From positions 1 through 63,916 of the forward strand of contig CATKYT010000004.1 of NCBI GenBank assembly GCA_949841245.1: 63,916 bases of DNA, given 5' to 3'. The notes under the pieces are model-generated. The model ran no database searches, was not told where the DNA came from, and saw only the letters and a list, made by a program, of their open reading frames with translations. Below, one piece after another: positions 1-10,172 of the stretch. How positions within the stretch are numbered: position 1 is the stretch's first letter; the number at the start of each line of letters is the position of its first letter. Position numbers and translations under genes: made by a program. The stretch comes from an uncultured Eubacteriales bacterium (GTDB lineage Bacteria; Bacillota; Clostridia; Christensenellales; UBA1242).

Positions 1-132
1 AAAATCCTGACCTGCACGATAGATCTTCACATTCACTCTTCCTTCATATTCCTTTTCCAGGACTTGAACCAAGTCGCCAAACACTTCGCATCATGCACAT
101 GCGCTGATATATTCGATACAAGGCTTTTTCAT
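1..132 (-). CDS. 5' part of a small Cys-rich (possibly thioredoxin-fold) protein with one in-frame TGA, a candidate selenocysteine codon; truncated by the window edge
   Basis: AGGAGGTG (139-146) lies 6 nt before ATG (130-132). The frame stays open to the window edge except for TGA at 91-93: MKKPCIEYISACA-[TGA]-CEVFGDLVQVLEKEYEGRVNVKIYRAGQDF. It is absent from the ORF track because of the TGA. The product guess is tentative. Confidence 0.4.
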
Positions 133-296
133 ATGTAACACCTCCTATTGATTTTCGGCTCCGTTCTATTATATCTTCCTTTTCTCTTATTTTCCGGTTT
201 TATAAAAAAATACAATATTCGACTCTGATTTATTTTTTTGTTCAATATTTCTATTCTATTTATTAAAATTTTGTTATAATTTTTTATATATATTTA

Positions 297-3200
297 ATGA
301 GAACAGTGATGGCAATTTTTAACAAAAAACCAGACAATCAAAATGACATTTTAGGAGAATCTTACACCCTTGAAGACAAAACTAAACCAGTTTTTCCTTG
401 CCTTGAAATTCAAGAGTTTGAAAAGTTTTCTTCTTATGGTTATAATCTCACTTATTCCACAATCAATGATAACGATTCACAACTTTTTGTTCAAAAAAGA
501 ATTTACAAAAATGGACAAACATTTCTTGACATTGGTTTGCTTAATGATGAAACCAAAGAGTTTAAATATGTAACCGTTAAAAACATCAATGCAATAAAAG
601 ATGATGACGGAACTAATTTGATGGAAATTGAATATTACATCGATTCCTCCAAAGATCTTAAACAAACTGCCAAATGTTTTTTGCCATATAAATTTTCTCC
701 AACAGCAGAAGACCCTGTTGACCATTTAAGTGTGGAACTTAACAAATTACAAAGAAATTTTGAAATTGAACCTTCAAATGTCTATAAAAACAAATTGGAA
801 TTTGGCAGATTAAAGCCAACTGTTTTTCAAACTGTTGAACAGGCAAAAAGTTTCATGACTTTTCAACCTAAAAATTATTGGACCAAAGGTTATACACCTG
901 AATCAAAGATGGTTTATGTTCCTTATAAAAACAACAGCAATGAAACTAATTTTATGAGATTTGAATTAAACAATTCTGGAAAAGTTGACTTACTTTTAAA
1001 TGTCAATGAAAATGTCATTATCAATGTTTCTCCAACAGAATTTGTTGTTGATGCAAAAACTGGCAAGATTGCCATGAAAACCAACTTATCACATGACAAT
1101 AAATTTGACATCCTTCCAATTGACGCCAAAAACAACCCAGAACTCGTTGGCACACTTCAAAGCATTGCAAATGGAAAAGTCACCACTGCAAACTTAGATG
1201 GGTTTGAGTTGCTTCCTTCAAGATTTGTGCAAAATGTGGCAAACCATGCTGTATTTAAAAGAGAAAAAATCACCGAAAACCAACTTATTGTAAAAGAAGT
1301 TGACAGAAATGGTTTTGTTGCTGAAAATGGTGGCAATCCAATGCAACCAACTAATCAAACTGCTGGAAACGCAAACCCTGCTTCTCAGCAGACCGCTCCA
1401 CAGCCACAAACCACACCTGTTGCACCTGCAAATCCACAACCAACTACTGAAAATGAATCAACTCAGCCAGAAAAACCAAAAGGAACGGTAATCGGAGAAC
1501 AATCAAAAGTTTCTTATAATGGCAATTCAGGAATAAATGCACCAAAAATTAACGAATTGGACAATTCAATTTCCATGGATATTTCCATCAGTGGTGGACA
1601 TTTCCAAAATGGTGCAACTCAAAAAATCAAACTTACTGATGAAAAAATTTCATCTGACTATATTGGAAGAACTTTACTTTCAATTTATAAACAAGACAGC
1701 AACAATTCATCCAAAAACATCACATTTGCTTCTGTCACCAAAAATGGAACAAATTATCAACTTCATATTGATAAAGAATCTTTGCAAGCATGTTTAAATA
1801 ATTACGAAATAAGAACAGGAAAGAAATTTCCATTAACAGGAAACATTTTCAACCCACAAACAATCAAAATGTCAGACAGCAACGAACTTCAAGGCGCTGA
1901 AATCAACATTGGAGATGGCAAAACTGTTTCTATATCTTTTGACGCCGCTGGAATGAAAATTGTCAGCACAGAAAAATTGTTTAATGAAGATGGTTCGCCA
2001 AAACTTGATGAAAAAGGAAAACAACAAACACATGATGAAATCGCCTTTTTAAGTTCTGGATCAAGACCACTTGACTTTTCGGTTAACCCACAATTCTTGC
2101 ACGAAGCAGCAACTGTTAATCCAGTTGTTGACAACGAAGGAAATTTAATTGACCCACCACTTCCAAGTGTGAAAATGGAAGGGCATATTGCTGAAAACCT
2201 TATGGTTATGTCAATTTTGCAAGAAAGACAAAAATCTGAAAAGGCAGATGAAAACAAAAAAAGTGCCATTATAACCAGAACATTTGGTGACAACAATGAA
2301 ATTCAAATAAATTCTGTTCCTGTCTATGAAGAAGGTTTGGCTGAACCATATTATTTTAATATCATTCGTGAAAAAAATAAATCTCCACGAATTTTCCTTG
2401 ATATGCGTGCACCAAAACAAGGACAAAAACAAGGTGCCGAACTTGCACCTAAATTCTATGAAATCAAAGAAATTGGCATTGAAGCAAAAAGTGTTGAAGG
2501 TGCAAAAAATGCCAGTGAAAAAGGAAAAGCCGAAGGCTTTGGTCTTTATTTGGGCATTAAATCTGACAACAATAAAGTTCGCTTAAACCTTCCAAACCTT
2601 GCCTATGAAAGTTTTGCAAAAAATGGCATTATCGACTTTCTTGACAACATTCATGAAGGTAATGATGGTTATGTTGGATTTCCTTTCAATGAGTTAAAAT
2701 CAAACATAATCGGTTACAGACAAAAAGGCACTGGAACATATTTTTCAACTTTGCCAAAACCCCTTCCTGCTGGAACAACCGTAAAAGATTTCATGGAAAT
2801 TCATTCCCGCAGTAAAACCAACACAAACACAATTAAAGGCACAAACACAATTGCCAACTTACGCAACAACATAAGTGACATTGTGGAAGAAGAAATTGAA
2901 GAAGTTAAAGATTTCCTTTATCAACCAAAAATTTCTTACGACACCCGCAAAGGACAAAGACTTGAATTTGACAAAAACGGAACGACATCCATTGCCCTTC
3001 CTATGGACAAAAAATTTAATTTTGAAGAAAATACCGCTCAAACAATCACTTTAATCAATGATAAAGAAATCAATGCTGGAATAAACGACACTTACCCTGC
3101 AAATCCAAGTGAAGAAAAAATCATTTCAGTCGCCGACCCTAAAATTGGTGGAGAAACAATCAGTTTCACAAGAACAGTCAATAATGGCGAAACTTCTTTC

Positions 3201-5255
3201 TCTATGAATTTTGATGCAAAATTGTTGCAACAAATGGTTCAAGACTATAAAACCTTAAACAATCAAGATTTTGATTTAGATTTAAGCAAACTTACAGCCG
3301 AAGAAGGAAAAGTAAAATTTGATGTAGATAAAATTCTCATTTCAGATGATTTAAAAATTCAAGGTGTTGAAATCAAGGCCGCAGGGAAAACACTTGCAAT
3401 CGACATTACTGCTGCTGGCTATATGATAAGCAATGGAAAACAAGTTGCCCGCCACAGAATGGAAAAACAACCACTTGATTTCACTTTTAATTCTTCCATT
3501 TTAAATGATGCCGAAACAAACACAAACTTTGAATTAAAAGACGGCAAAATCAAAGATGAGCTTCAAGTTATGGCCATTCAACAAGCTCGCTTTAAGGCAA
3601 GTCAAATGGCAACAAATGAACCTGTAATTCTCAACTATGGAGAAAACTTGACATTATATTCCCTTCCAGTAAAAGTTGGAGATTCCATTCAAAACTTCGT
3701 TTTCAGACAAGAAAAAGGAAAAACACCAGAACTTTATGCAGACTTGGAATCACCAAAAGGTGCTGCAAAACTTGCCCCTAAATTCTCTAAAATAACCCAT
3801 TTGAATATGGAAGCAATGTTTGATGAAGCAGGAAATGTCATTTCATCTGGTTTATATTTGGGAGAAAGAAAAAATCAAAACAACAGTGAAAGCATAAGAA
3901 TTGAAGTTGGAAATGTTGACTTAACTGATAAAACAAGCCAGAATTTACTTACTGTTTTAGAGCAAATTCAAGACAATTCAAAAGGAAATTTCCACTTAAA
4001 CGAATTTATTTCTTCAAATGACAAACAACAAGTTGCTATTCAAGGTTATCGTCAAATTGACACCAACCCTGAAACAGGCGAAAAAACCATTAATATTGTT
4101 AAAAACATTCAAGAAGAAGATGGAGATCCTGAAAAACCAAAAACAGCAGGCAGAGAATATCAACCAGTGTATTCAATCGGTGGAGAAAAATCTTATCATA
4201 TAAATTGGGATAATGTGGCTAAACTTCAAAATAATGCACAAAAAGAAATTGTTGAAAAAGAAAAGCCAGTTGAAAAGAAAGAGCCCGTTTATGATATGCC
4301 AAAAGTTCCTAAAAGAAGAAAGAAAAAAGTCAACGAATACATTTCTACACTCGGGCTTATCGGACTTGGAGTGTTGGCAGCAATTCTTGGAATTATCAAT
4401 CCATTCTTCCTTATTGTTTCAAGTGCTTTATTTGCAACAGTAGTTCTAAAAGATACAGGATTACTTAGTGCCATAGTTGAAGCGTTTGGACCAAGAGATG
4501 AAGATGCATTGGACATTCACAACAATATTGTAAAAACTCGTTCTAAAATTGTGGAAACAGACAAAAGTATCTCTGATGTTCAAGCAAAAATAGATGAAAT
4601 CTTACAGCGTGCTGGAAAAGTTGATGCCAAATCAGGCAAAATCAATTGCAACAAACTTTTGGGCATAAATGGCAATTCTGTAAACATTATGGATGCCAAC
4701 GGAACCCCTGTTGACTTGAAAGACATTAACTTTGATGCAAGTGGCAATCCAATAGACAAAAATGGCAACCCATTGCAAATTAAAGATAAATGCGGATTTA
4801 CTTCAAAGCAAATTCAAGATATTGTTAAAATTCAACAAGATTTAATTGCAAAGCAAGAAGAAATCAAACTTCAAAAAGATGCAAAAAAACAGGCTAAACT
4901 TAAAGAAGATGCCCAATTGCTTGAAGAAGAACAAAGAAAAATCTTTGACCAAAATTTCAACGACATTCAAGAACTTGAAAAAAGAAAAAAACAACTTGAA
5001 AATAAAATTAAAAAACAAAGAAATAAAGCAAGTTCCTTGATTGAAACAGGAGAAGTTTTGTATAACAACGGAACGCCATATGACTTAGATTTAAGAAACG
5101 AATACACAGATGAACAAGGAAATCAGCATACAGGCACAGAAGCATACTATAATCAAAACAACAAGGAAAAATATGATGCCGCTGTTCTTGCAAACAAAAA
5201 TTACAAGGGTAACGCTTCAAATGTTACAGTAAAAAGTGAAGGACCTTCAAAATAA
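297..5255 (+). CDS. Giant hypothetical protein (1652 aa) with an internal duplication, a C-proximal hydrophobic hairpin and a coiled-coil tail
   Basis: Single uninterrupted ORF. No N-terminal signal peptide. P/Q/T-rich linker at aa ~347-395. Two homologous modules at aa ~425-812 and ~943-1253. Hydrophobic stretch at aa ~1348-1384. K/E/Q-rich C-terminus. No family recognised. Confidence 0.85.
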   Translation: MRTVMAIFNKKPDNQNDILGESYTLEDKTKPVFPCLEIQEFEKFSSYGYNLTYSTINDNDSQLFVQKRIYKNGQTFLDIGLLNDETKEFKYVTVKNINAIKDDDGTNLMEIEYYIDSSKDLKQTAKCFLPYKFSPTAEDPVDHLSVELNKLQRNFEIEPSNVYKNKLEFGRLKPTVFQTVEQAKSFMTFQPKNYWTKGYTPESKMVYVPYKNNSNETNFMRFELNNSGKVDLLLNVNENVIINVSPTEFVVDAKTGKIAMKTNLSHDNKFDILPIDAKNNPELVGTLQSIANGKVTTANLDGFELLPSRFVQNVANHAVFKREKITENQLIVKEVDRNGFVAENGGNPMQPTNQTAGNANPASQQTAPQPQTTPVAPANPQPTTENESTQPEKPKGTVIGEQSKVSYNGNSGINAPKINELDNSISMDISISGGHFQNGATQKIKLTDEKISSDYIGRTLLSIYKQDSNNSSKNITFASVTKNGTNYQLHIDKESLQACLNNYEIRTGKKFPLTGNIFNPQTIKMSDSNELQGAEINIGDGKTVSISFDAAGMKIVSTEKLFNEDGSPKLDEKGKQQTHDEIAFLSSGSRPLDFSVNPQFLHEAATVNPVVDNEGNLIDPPLPSVKMEGHIAENLMVMSILQERQKSEKADENKKSAIITRTFGDNNEIQINSVPVYEEGLAEPYYFNIIREKNKSPRIFLDMRAPKQGQKQGAELAPKFYEIKEIGIEAKSVEGAKNASEKGKAEGFGLYLGIKSDNNKVRLNLPNLAYESFAKNGIIDFLDNIHEGNDGYVGFPFNELKSNIIGYRQKGTGTYFSTLPKPLPAGTTVKDFMEIHSRSKTNTNTIKGTNTIANLRNNISDIVEEEIEEVKDFLYQPKISYDTRKGQRLEFDKNGTTSIALPMDKKFNFEENTAQTITLINDKEINAGINDTYPANPSEEKIISVADPKIGGETISFTRTVNNGETSFSMNFDAKLLQQMVQDYKTLNNQDFDLDLSKLTAEEGKVKFDVDKILISDDLKIQGVEIKAAGKTLAIDITAAGYMISNGKQVARHRMEKQPLDFTFNSSILNDAETNTNFELKDGKIKDELQVMAIQQARFKASQMATNEPVILNYGENLTLYSLPVKVGDSIQNFVFRQEKGKTPELYADLESPKGAAKLAPKFSKITHLNMEAMFDEAGNVISSGLYLGERKNQNNSESIRIEVGNVDLTDKTSQNLLTVLEQIQDNSKGNFHLNEFISSNDKQQVAIQGYRQIDTNPETGEKTINIVKNIQEEDGDPEKPKTAGREYQPVYSIGGEKSYHINWDNVAKLQNNAQKEIVEKEKPVEKKEPVYDMPKVPKRRKKKVNEYISTLGLIGLGVLAAILGIINPFFLIVSSALFATVVLKDTGLLSAIVEAFGPRDEDALDIHNNIVKTRSKIVETDKSISDVQAKIDEILQRAGKVDAKSGKINCNKLLGINGNSVNIMDANGTPVDLKDINFDASGNPIDKNGNPLQIKDKCGFTSKQIQDIVKIQQDLIAKQEEIKLQKDAKKQAKLKEDAQLLEEEQRKIFDQNFNDIQELEKRKKQLENKIKKQRNKASSLIETGEVLYNNGTPYDLDLRNEYTDEQGNQHTGTEAYYNQNNKEKYDAAVLANKNYKGNASNVTVKSEGPSK

Positions 5256-5258
5256 TTA

Positions 5259-5288
5259 AAAAGAGAGAATTTTTCTCTCTTTTTTGTT
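5259..5288 (+). terminator. Rho-independent terminator after the 1652-aa gene
   Basis: AGAGAGA / TCTCTCT stem followed by a T-run, directly after the TAA stop. Confidence 0.8.
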
Positions 5289-5374
5289 TTTCAAAAATTT
5301 GTTTAAATATGTGGACGAAATGCTTTATTTTATGCTATTATATATAGAGTATTATTAAATTATATGGAGTTTAT

Positions 5375-6469
5375 ATGAAAATAGGTATTGTTGGATTGCC
5401 AAATGTCGGCAAAAGTTCACTTTTTAATGCCATCACAGAAGCAGGTGCAGAAAGTGCAAACTATCCTTTTTGCACCATTGAACCAAACATAGGAGTTGTC
5501 GATGTGCCTGATGAAAGATTGCAGGTTTTGGGAAAAATGTATAACACACAAAAAATCACACCTGCAAGCATCGAATTTGTTGATATTGCTGGATTAGTTG
5601 CTGGTGCAAGTCATGGCGAAGGTCTTGGCAATAAGTTTTTAAGTCACATCAGAGAAGTTGATGCCATCGTGCATGTTGTTCGTTGTTTTGAAAACGAAAA
5701 AATCATTCATGTCAGTGGTTCGATTGACCCAAAAAGAGATGTAGAAACGATTGAAATGGAACTTGCCCTTGCCGACCTTGAACAAGTGACCAAAATTTTA
5801 GATAAAAACGCAAAACTTGCCAAACAAACTGGTGATAAATCTCTTGTGTTAACAGTAAATATGTTGACAAAAATTAAAGAAACTTTGGAAGTTGGAAAAC
5901 AAGCCAGATGTTTAGATTTTTCTGATGAAGAACAAAAACTTTTGAAAAACTTTGCATTGCTTTCTGCAAAACCAGTCATTTTTGTGGCAAACATATCCGA
6001 AGATGAAATTGGAAAACCTGAAAACAACTTTGTCAAACAAGTCAGAGAAATTGCCGAAAGTGAAAAATCAAAAGTTGTTGTTTTGTCTGCCAAAATTGAA
6101 GAAGAAATTGTCGGACTTGATAAAGAAGAACGAGATATGTTTAAAGAAGAACTTGGCATAACTGAAAGCGGACTTGAAAAACTTGTTGTTGCAAGTTATG
6201 ACCTTTTAGGTTTACAAAGTTATTTAACAGCAGGCGAAAAAGAAGTAAGGGCTTGGACAATCAATAAAGGAACAAAAGCACCTGCCGCTGCCGGAAAAAT
6301 TCACAGTGATTTTGAAAAAGGCTTTATTAAAGCAGAAATTGTAAGTTACAATGACCTTATTGAAGCAGGCTCTTTCTTAAAAGCCAAAGAAAAAGGAAAA
6401 GTCAGAATGGAAGGAAAGGAATATGTCGTTCAAGATGGTGATGTCGTTCTTTTCCGATTTAACAATTAA
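5375..6469 (+). CDS. ychF: Ribosome-binding ATPase YchF
   Basis: 364 aa. P-loop GIVGLPNVGKSSLFNA, conserved YchF C-terminal region (KGFIKAEIV, DGDVVLFRFN), GGAG RBS. Confidence 0.95.
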   Translation: MKIGIVGLPNVGKSSLFNAITEAGAESANYPFCTIEPNIGVVDVPDERLQVLGKMYNTQKITPASIEFVDIAGLVAGASHGEGLGNKFLSHIREVDAIVHVVRCFENEKIIHVSGSIDPKRDVETIEMELALADLEQVTKILDKNAKLAKQTGDKSLVLTVNMLTKIKETLEVGKQARCLDFSDEEQKLLKNFALLSAKPVIFVANISEDEIGKPENNFVKQVREIAESEKSKVVVLSAKIEEEIVGLDKEERDMFKEELGITESGLEKLVVASYDLLGLQSYLTAGEKEVRAWTINKGTKAPAAAGKIHSDFEKGFIKAEIVSYNDLIEAGSFLKAKEKGKVRMEGKEYVVQDGDVVLFRFNN

Positions 6470-6481
6470 AATGGAGTCACA

Positions 6482-6850
6482 ATGAACGAATTTGAAAAAC
6501 TGTCACCGCTTGCATTGGCTTTTATGGGTGATGCTGTTCACACCGCTTTTGTGCGTAAAGAAGTTTTGAAAGGACAAGCAAACACTCAAAAAAATTATCA
6601 CAACACAGCAAAAAAATTTTGCAATGCACAGGCTCAGGCCGAAACCTTGGAAAACATTATGCAAAGTTTGAATGATGAAGAAAAGAACATAATCCGCCGT
6701 GCAAGAAACAGTCATCCGAAACATAATGCCAAAAATTATGATGAAGAAACATATAAAAAAGCCACTGCTTTTGAAGCACTTATTGGATTTTTGTTTCTTT
6801 CAGAACAAACAGAAAGATTGAATGAAATCTTAAAGATTTCTTTAAAATAA
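6482..6850 (+). CDS. mrnC: Mini-ribonuclease 3
   Basis: 122 aa. LALAFMGDAVHTAFVR RNase III-like signature. Sits before rlmB and sigH, as in the Bacillus mrnC-rlmB-sigH region. Confidence 0.9.
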   Translation: MNEFEKLSPLALAFMGDAVHTAFVRKEVLKGQANTQKNYHNTAKKFCNAQAQAETLENIMQSLNDEEKNIIRRARNSHPKHNAKNYDEETYKKATAFEALIGFLFLSEQTERLNEILKISLK

Positions 6851-6904
6851 CAAAAATTTAAAATAATTTGCAATTTTATTTTGCACTTGAAAGGAAATTT
6901 ATAT

Positions 6905-7630
6905 ATGAATATTGAAGGAAAAAACCAAGTTATTGAAGCAATTAAAAATGACAAAACAATCAACAAAATTTTTGTTGACAAAAACTTTGTTACACGCAAA
7001 GATGATGTCATTTCACTTGCAAGAAAAAATCAAATTAAAGTGGAATTTTTGCCTAAAACGGTTTTAGATAAAATCAGCGTTACGCAACATCATCAAGGAT
7101 ATATTGCTGAAACCGTTGAATTTAACTATTGCAATGTTGAAGACATTTTGCAAAATGCCAAAGACAAAGAACATTCCCCTTTTGTTGTGCTTCTGGACGG
7201 CATTGAAGACCCACATAACTTAGGTGCAATCATCCGCACCTGTGAATGTGCTGGTGTTGACGGAATAATCATCCCAAAAGTGCGTGCTTGTCAAGTAAAT
7301 GAAACAGTTGTCAGAACAAGTGCTGGCGCAATTTCCAACATTAAAATTGCAAGAGTTACCAATTTGAAAAACGCTATTGACACCTTGAAAGATGCCGGAC
7401 TTTGGATTTATGCTGCTGAAACTGGCGGCGAAATTATTTATAATCAAAATCTTACTGGTCCAATAGGCATTGTTGTTGGCAGTGAAGGAGCAGGCGTTAA
7501 ACAATCACTGAGAAGTTATTGTGATGGAATTGTCACCTTGCCACTTTTTGGCAGTGTAAATTCTTTAAATGCCAGTGTGGCAACTGCTGTTGTAATTTAT
7601 GAAATTGTTAGACAAAATTTAAAAAAATAA
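6905..7630 (+). CDS. rlmB: 23S rRNA (guanosine-2'-O)-methyltransferase RlmB (SpoU/TrmH family)
   Basis: SpoU motifs (LDGIEDPHNLGAIIRT, GSEGAGV, SLNASVA). Start placed at the ATG at 6905, preceded by AAGGAAA; the ORF track starts at 6881. Confidence 0.9.
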   Translation: MNIEGKNQVIEAIKNDKTINKIFVDKNFVTRKDDVISLARKNQIKVEFLPKTVLDKISVTQHHQGYIAETVEFNYCNVEDILQNAKDKEHSPFVVLLDGIEDPHNLGAIIRTCECAGVDGIIIPKVRACQVNETVVRTSAGAISNIKIARVTNLKNAIDTLKDAGLWIYAAETGGEIIYNQNLTGPIGIVVGSEGAGVKQSLRSYCDGIVTLPLFGSVNSLNASVATAVVIYEIVRQNLKK

Positions 7631-7687
7631 AGAAAAACAATTAAAAACAGCCAAAATATCGCTTATTTTGGCTTAAAAAAGGAAAAA

Positions 7688-8278
7688 ATGAACACAGACG
7701 AAGAACTTATCAAACAAATAAGCACAGGCGATGAACAGGCTGAAAATGAACTTTTGACAAGATATAAAGACCTTGTTGTAAAAATCAGTCGTGGATATTT
7801 TCTTGTCGGTGGCGACATTGAAGACATAATTCAAGAAGGAATGATTGGGCTTTACAAAGCAATTAAAAATTATTCCGACCAAAAAAATGCATCATTCAAA
7901 ACTTTTGCAATAATTTGCATTAAGCACCAAATTCAAACTGCAATTAAAAAAGCAAACACCAACAAAAACAGTCCACTTTCAAATGCTGTTTCACTTCAAA
8001 GTTATGACACATTAAATGAAAACATGGACTTTCTGCCTATTGAGTTGGTGCTTGACATTACCCCTGCGGAAAAAGCGATACACAAAGAAAATCTTGCCGA
8101 TTTAAAGCAAAAAATTAAGTCATCTCTTTCTGATTTAGAATTAAAAGTTTTAAAACTTTATTTGCAAGGATATTCATATAAAGAAATTTCACAAACACTT
8201 AATGTAAATAGTAAAAGCATTGATAACAGTTTGACAAGAATTAAAACAAAACTTCGTGAAAAATTGCAAGAAAAATAA
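7688..8278 (+). CDS. sigH: RNA polymerase sigma factor SigH-like (sigma-70 family)
   Basis: 196 aa. Region 2 (DIEDIIQEGMIGLYKAIKNY, FKTFAIICIKHQIQTAIK) and a region 4 helix-turn-helix. Position after mrnC-rlmB. Confidence 0.85.
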   Translation: MNTDEELIKQISTGDEQAENELLTRYKDLVVKISRGYFLVGGDIEDIIQEGMIGLYKAIKNYSDQKNASFKTFAIICIKHQIQTAIKKANTNKNSPLSNAVSLQSYDTLNENMDFLPIELVLDITPAEKAIHKENLADLKQKIKSSLSDLELKVLKLYLQGYSYKEISQTLNVNSKSIDNSLTRIKTKLREKLQEK

Positions 8279-8297
8279 AGGCTTTGGTTGCATTTAA

Positions 8298-8326
8298 TTG
8301 ACAAAAATTTGCTTTAAATTTAAAAT
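8298..8326 (+). promoter_or_regulatory. Sigma-A type promoter for glnS
   Basis: TTGACA (8298-8303), 17-nt spacer, TAAAAT (8321-8326). Confidence 0.65.
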
Positions 8327-8344
8327 ATTAAACAGGAGAAAAAT

Positions 8345-10018
8345 ATGCTTAAAATAGAACCATCAAATTTTATTGAAGAAGAAATAAATAAAGACTTAGA
8401 AAGTGGAAAAGCAAAAGAAGTTATCACCCGCTTCCCACCAGAGCCAAGTGGCTATTGGCACATTGGACACATCAAAGCCATAACAATAGATTTTGAAACC
8501 GCAAAAAAATATGGTGGCTATACTTATCTTCGTATGGATGACACCAACCCAAGCAAAGAAGATGGCGATTTTGCAAACAGTTATTTGGCTGATCTGAAAT
8601 GGTTGGGTTATCAGCCAAAAGCGCTTATCTATGCCAGTGAAGCATATTTTGACAAAATTTATGAATTTGCAGAACAACTTATACAGACCGGAAATGCTTA
8701 TGTTGATGAACAATCAGCGGAAGAAATTTCTCTTTCTCGTGGAACATTGACCACAGCAGGAAAAGAAAGTCCTTACAGAAACAGACCCGTTGAAGAAAGT
8801 TTGCAAATGTTTCGTGATATGAAAGCAGGAAAGTTTGCTGATGGAAGCGTTGTTTTGCGTGCAAAAATTGACATGGCTCATCCAAATATGAACATGCGTG
8901 ACCCAGTAATTTACCGTGTTTTAAGAGCCCATCATTATCATGTTGGAGATAAGTGGTGCATTTATCCTATGTATGACTTTGCTCACCCACTTGAAGATGC
9001 CTTGGAAGGAGTAACTTTCAGTCTGTGTGACATGAGTTTCGAAGACCATCGTCCACTATACAACTGGGTGTTGGAAAAATGCTGGAAAAAGCCATATCCA
9101 CCAAGACAAATTGAATTTGCCAGACTTAACCTTGAAAATGTCTTGCTTGGCAAAAGATTTTTAAAACGACTTGTAAATGAAAAGAAAGTGGTCGGTTGGG
9201 ATGACCCACGCTTTTTGACAATCGTAGGGATGAAAAGGCGTGGTTATACAGCACAAGGCATTAAGGACTTTATAAAAAGTGCAGGTGTAACAAAATCAGA
9301 CGCCATTATTCCCCTTTCAGCACTTGACTTTCATATAAGAAACGACCTAAACATGATTGCAAATCGTGCAATGGTTGTGCTTGACCCGCTTAAAGTGATT
9401 ATTACAAATTATTCAGGAAATGAAGAAATTGAAGTTGACAACAATCCAAACATTGAAAATGCAGGAACTCATAAAGGCACTTTCAGCAATGTCATTTTTA
9501 TTGAAAAAGAAGACTTTTCACTTAATCCACCACCAAAATATAATCGTCTTGTTGAAGGCGGAATCGTTCGCCTTAAAGGTGCTTATATAATTAAGTGCAA
9601 CAAGGTAGTTATGGCTGAAAATGGTGAAATTGACCACTTGGAATGCGAATATTTGCCAAACACGAAAAGCGGACAAGACAACAGTGGAATTAAATGCAAA
9701 GGCACCATACATTTTGTTTCTGCCGACAATTGTTTTGAAGTGACAATCAGAGAATTTGAAAACTTGATTAAAGATGAATACATTGACCCAATTAAAGCAC
9801 TTGCTGATGGCGTTGAACTTGATGAAATGCTTACACCAAATTCAATGAAAGAATTTACAGCACTTGCTGAAAACTTTTTAAAAACAGCAAAAGTTGAAGA
9901 TAAATTTCAGTTTATCAGAAAAGGATATTATTGCGTTGATAAAGACACAACAAATGAAAGAATGGTGTTTAACAAAACAATTTCCTTGAAAGACAGTTTT
10001 AAACTGCCAAAAATGTAA
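8345..10018 (+). CDS. glnS: Glutaminyl-tRNA synthetase
   Basis: 557 aa. Class I motifs (PEPSGYWHIGH as HIGH; LGKRF in the KMSKS region) and GlnRS-type N- and C-terminal domains. Confidence 0.93.
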   Translation: MLKIEPSNFIEEEINKDLESGKAKEVITRFPPEPSGYWHIGHIKAITIDFETAKKYGGYTYLRMDDTNPSKEDGDFANSYLADLKWLGYQPKALIYASEAYFDKIYEFAEQLIQTGNAYVDEQSAEEISLSRGTLTTAGKESPYRNRPVEESLQMFRDMKAGKFADGSVVLRAKIDMAHPNMNMRDPVIYRVLRAHHYHVGDKWCIYPMYDFAHPLEDALEGVTFSLCDMSFEDHRPLYNWVLEKCWKKPYPPRQIEFARLNLENVLLGKRFLKRLVNEKKVVGWDDPRFLTIVGMKRRGYTAQGIKDFIKSAGVTKSDAIIPLSALDFHIRNDLNMIANRAMVVLDPLKVIITNYSGNEEIEVDNNPNIENAGTHKGTFSNVIFIEKEDFSLNPPPKYNRLVEGGIVRLKGAYIIKCNKVVMAENGEIDHLECEYLPNTKSGQDNSGIKCKGTIHFVSADNCFEVTIREFENLIKDEYIDPIKALADGVELDEMLTPNSMKEFTALAENFLKTAKVEDKFQFIRKGYYCVDKDTTNERMVFNKTISLKDSFKLPKM

Positions 10019-10172
10019 AATAACATTTAAAATTTGTGCCGAAGTTTTGTAATTAATTAATCTATTACGCTTTGCTGACCCAAAGAAATGTATTTTGTTA
10101 CGGGCAGAAACCTGCAAAATGTCCCAAATTTTATTTTGTCCGCCTTGCAATATTTCCTGCCACATAAAAATC

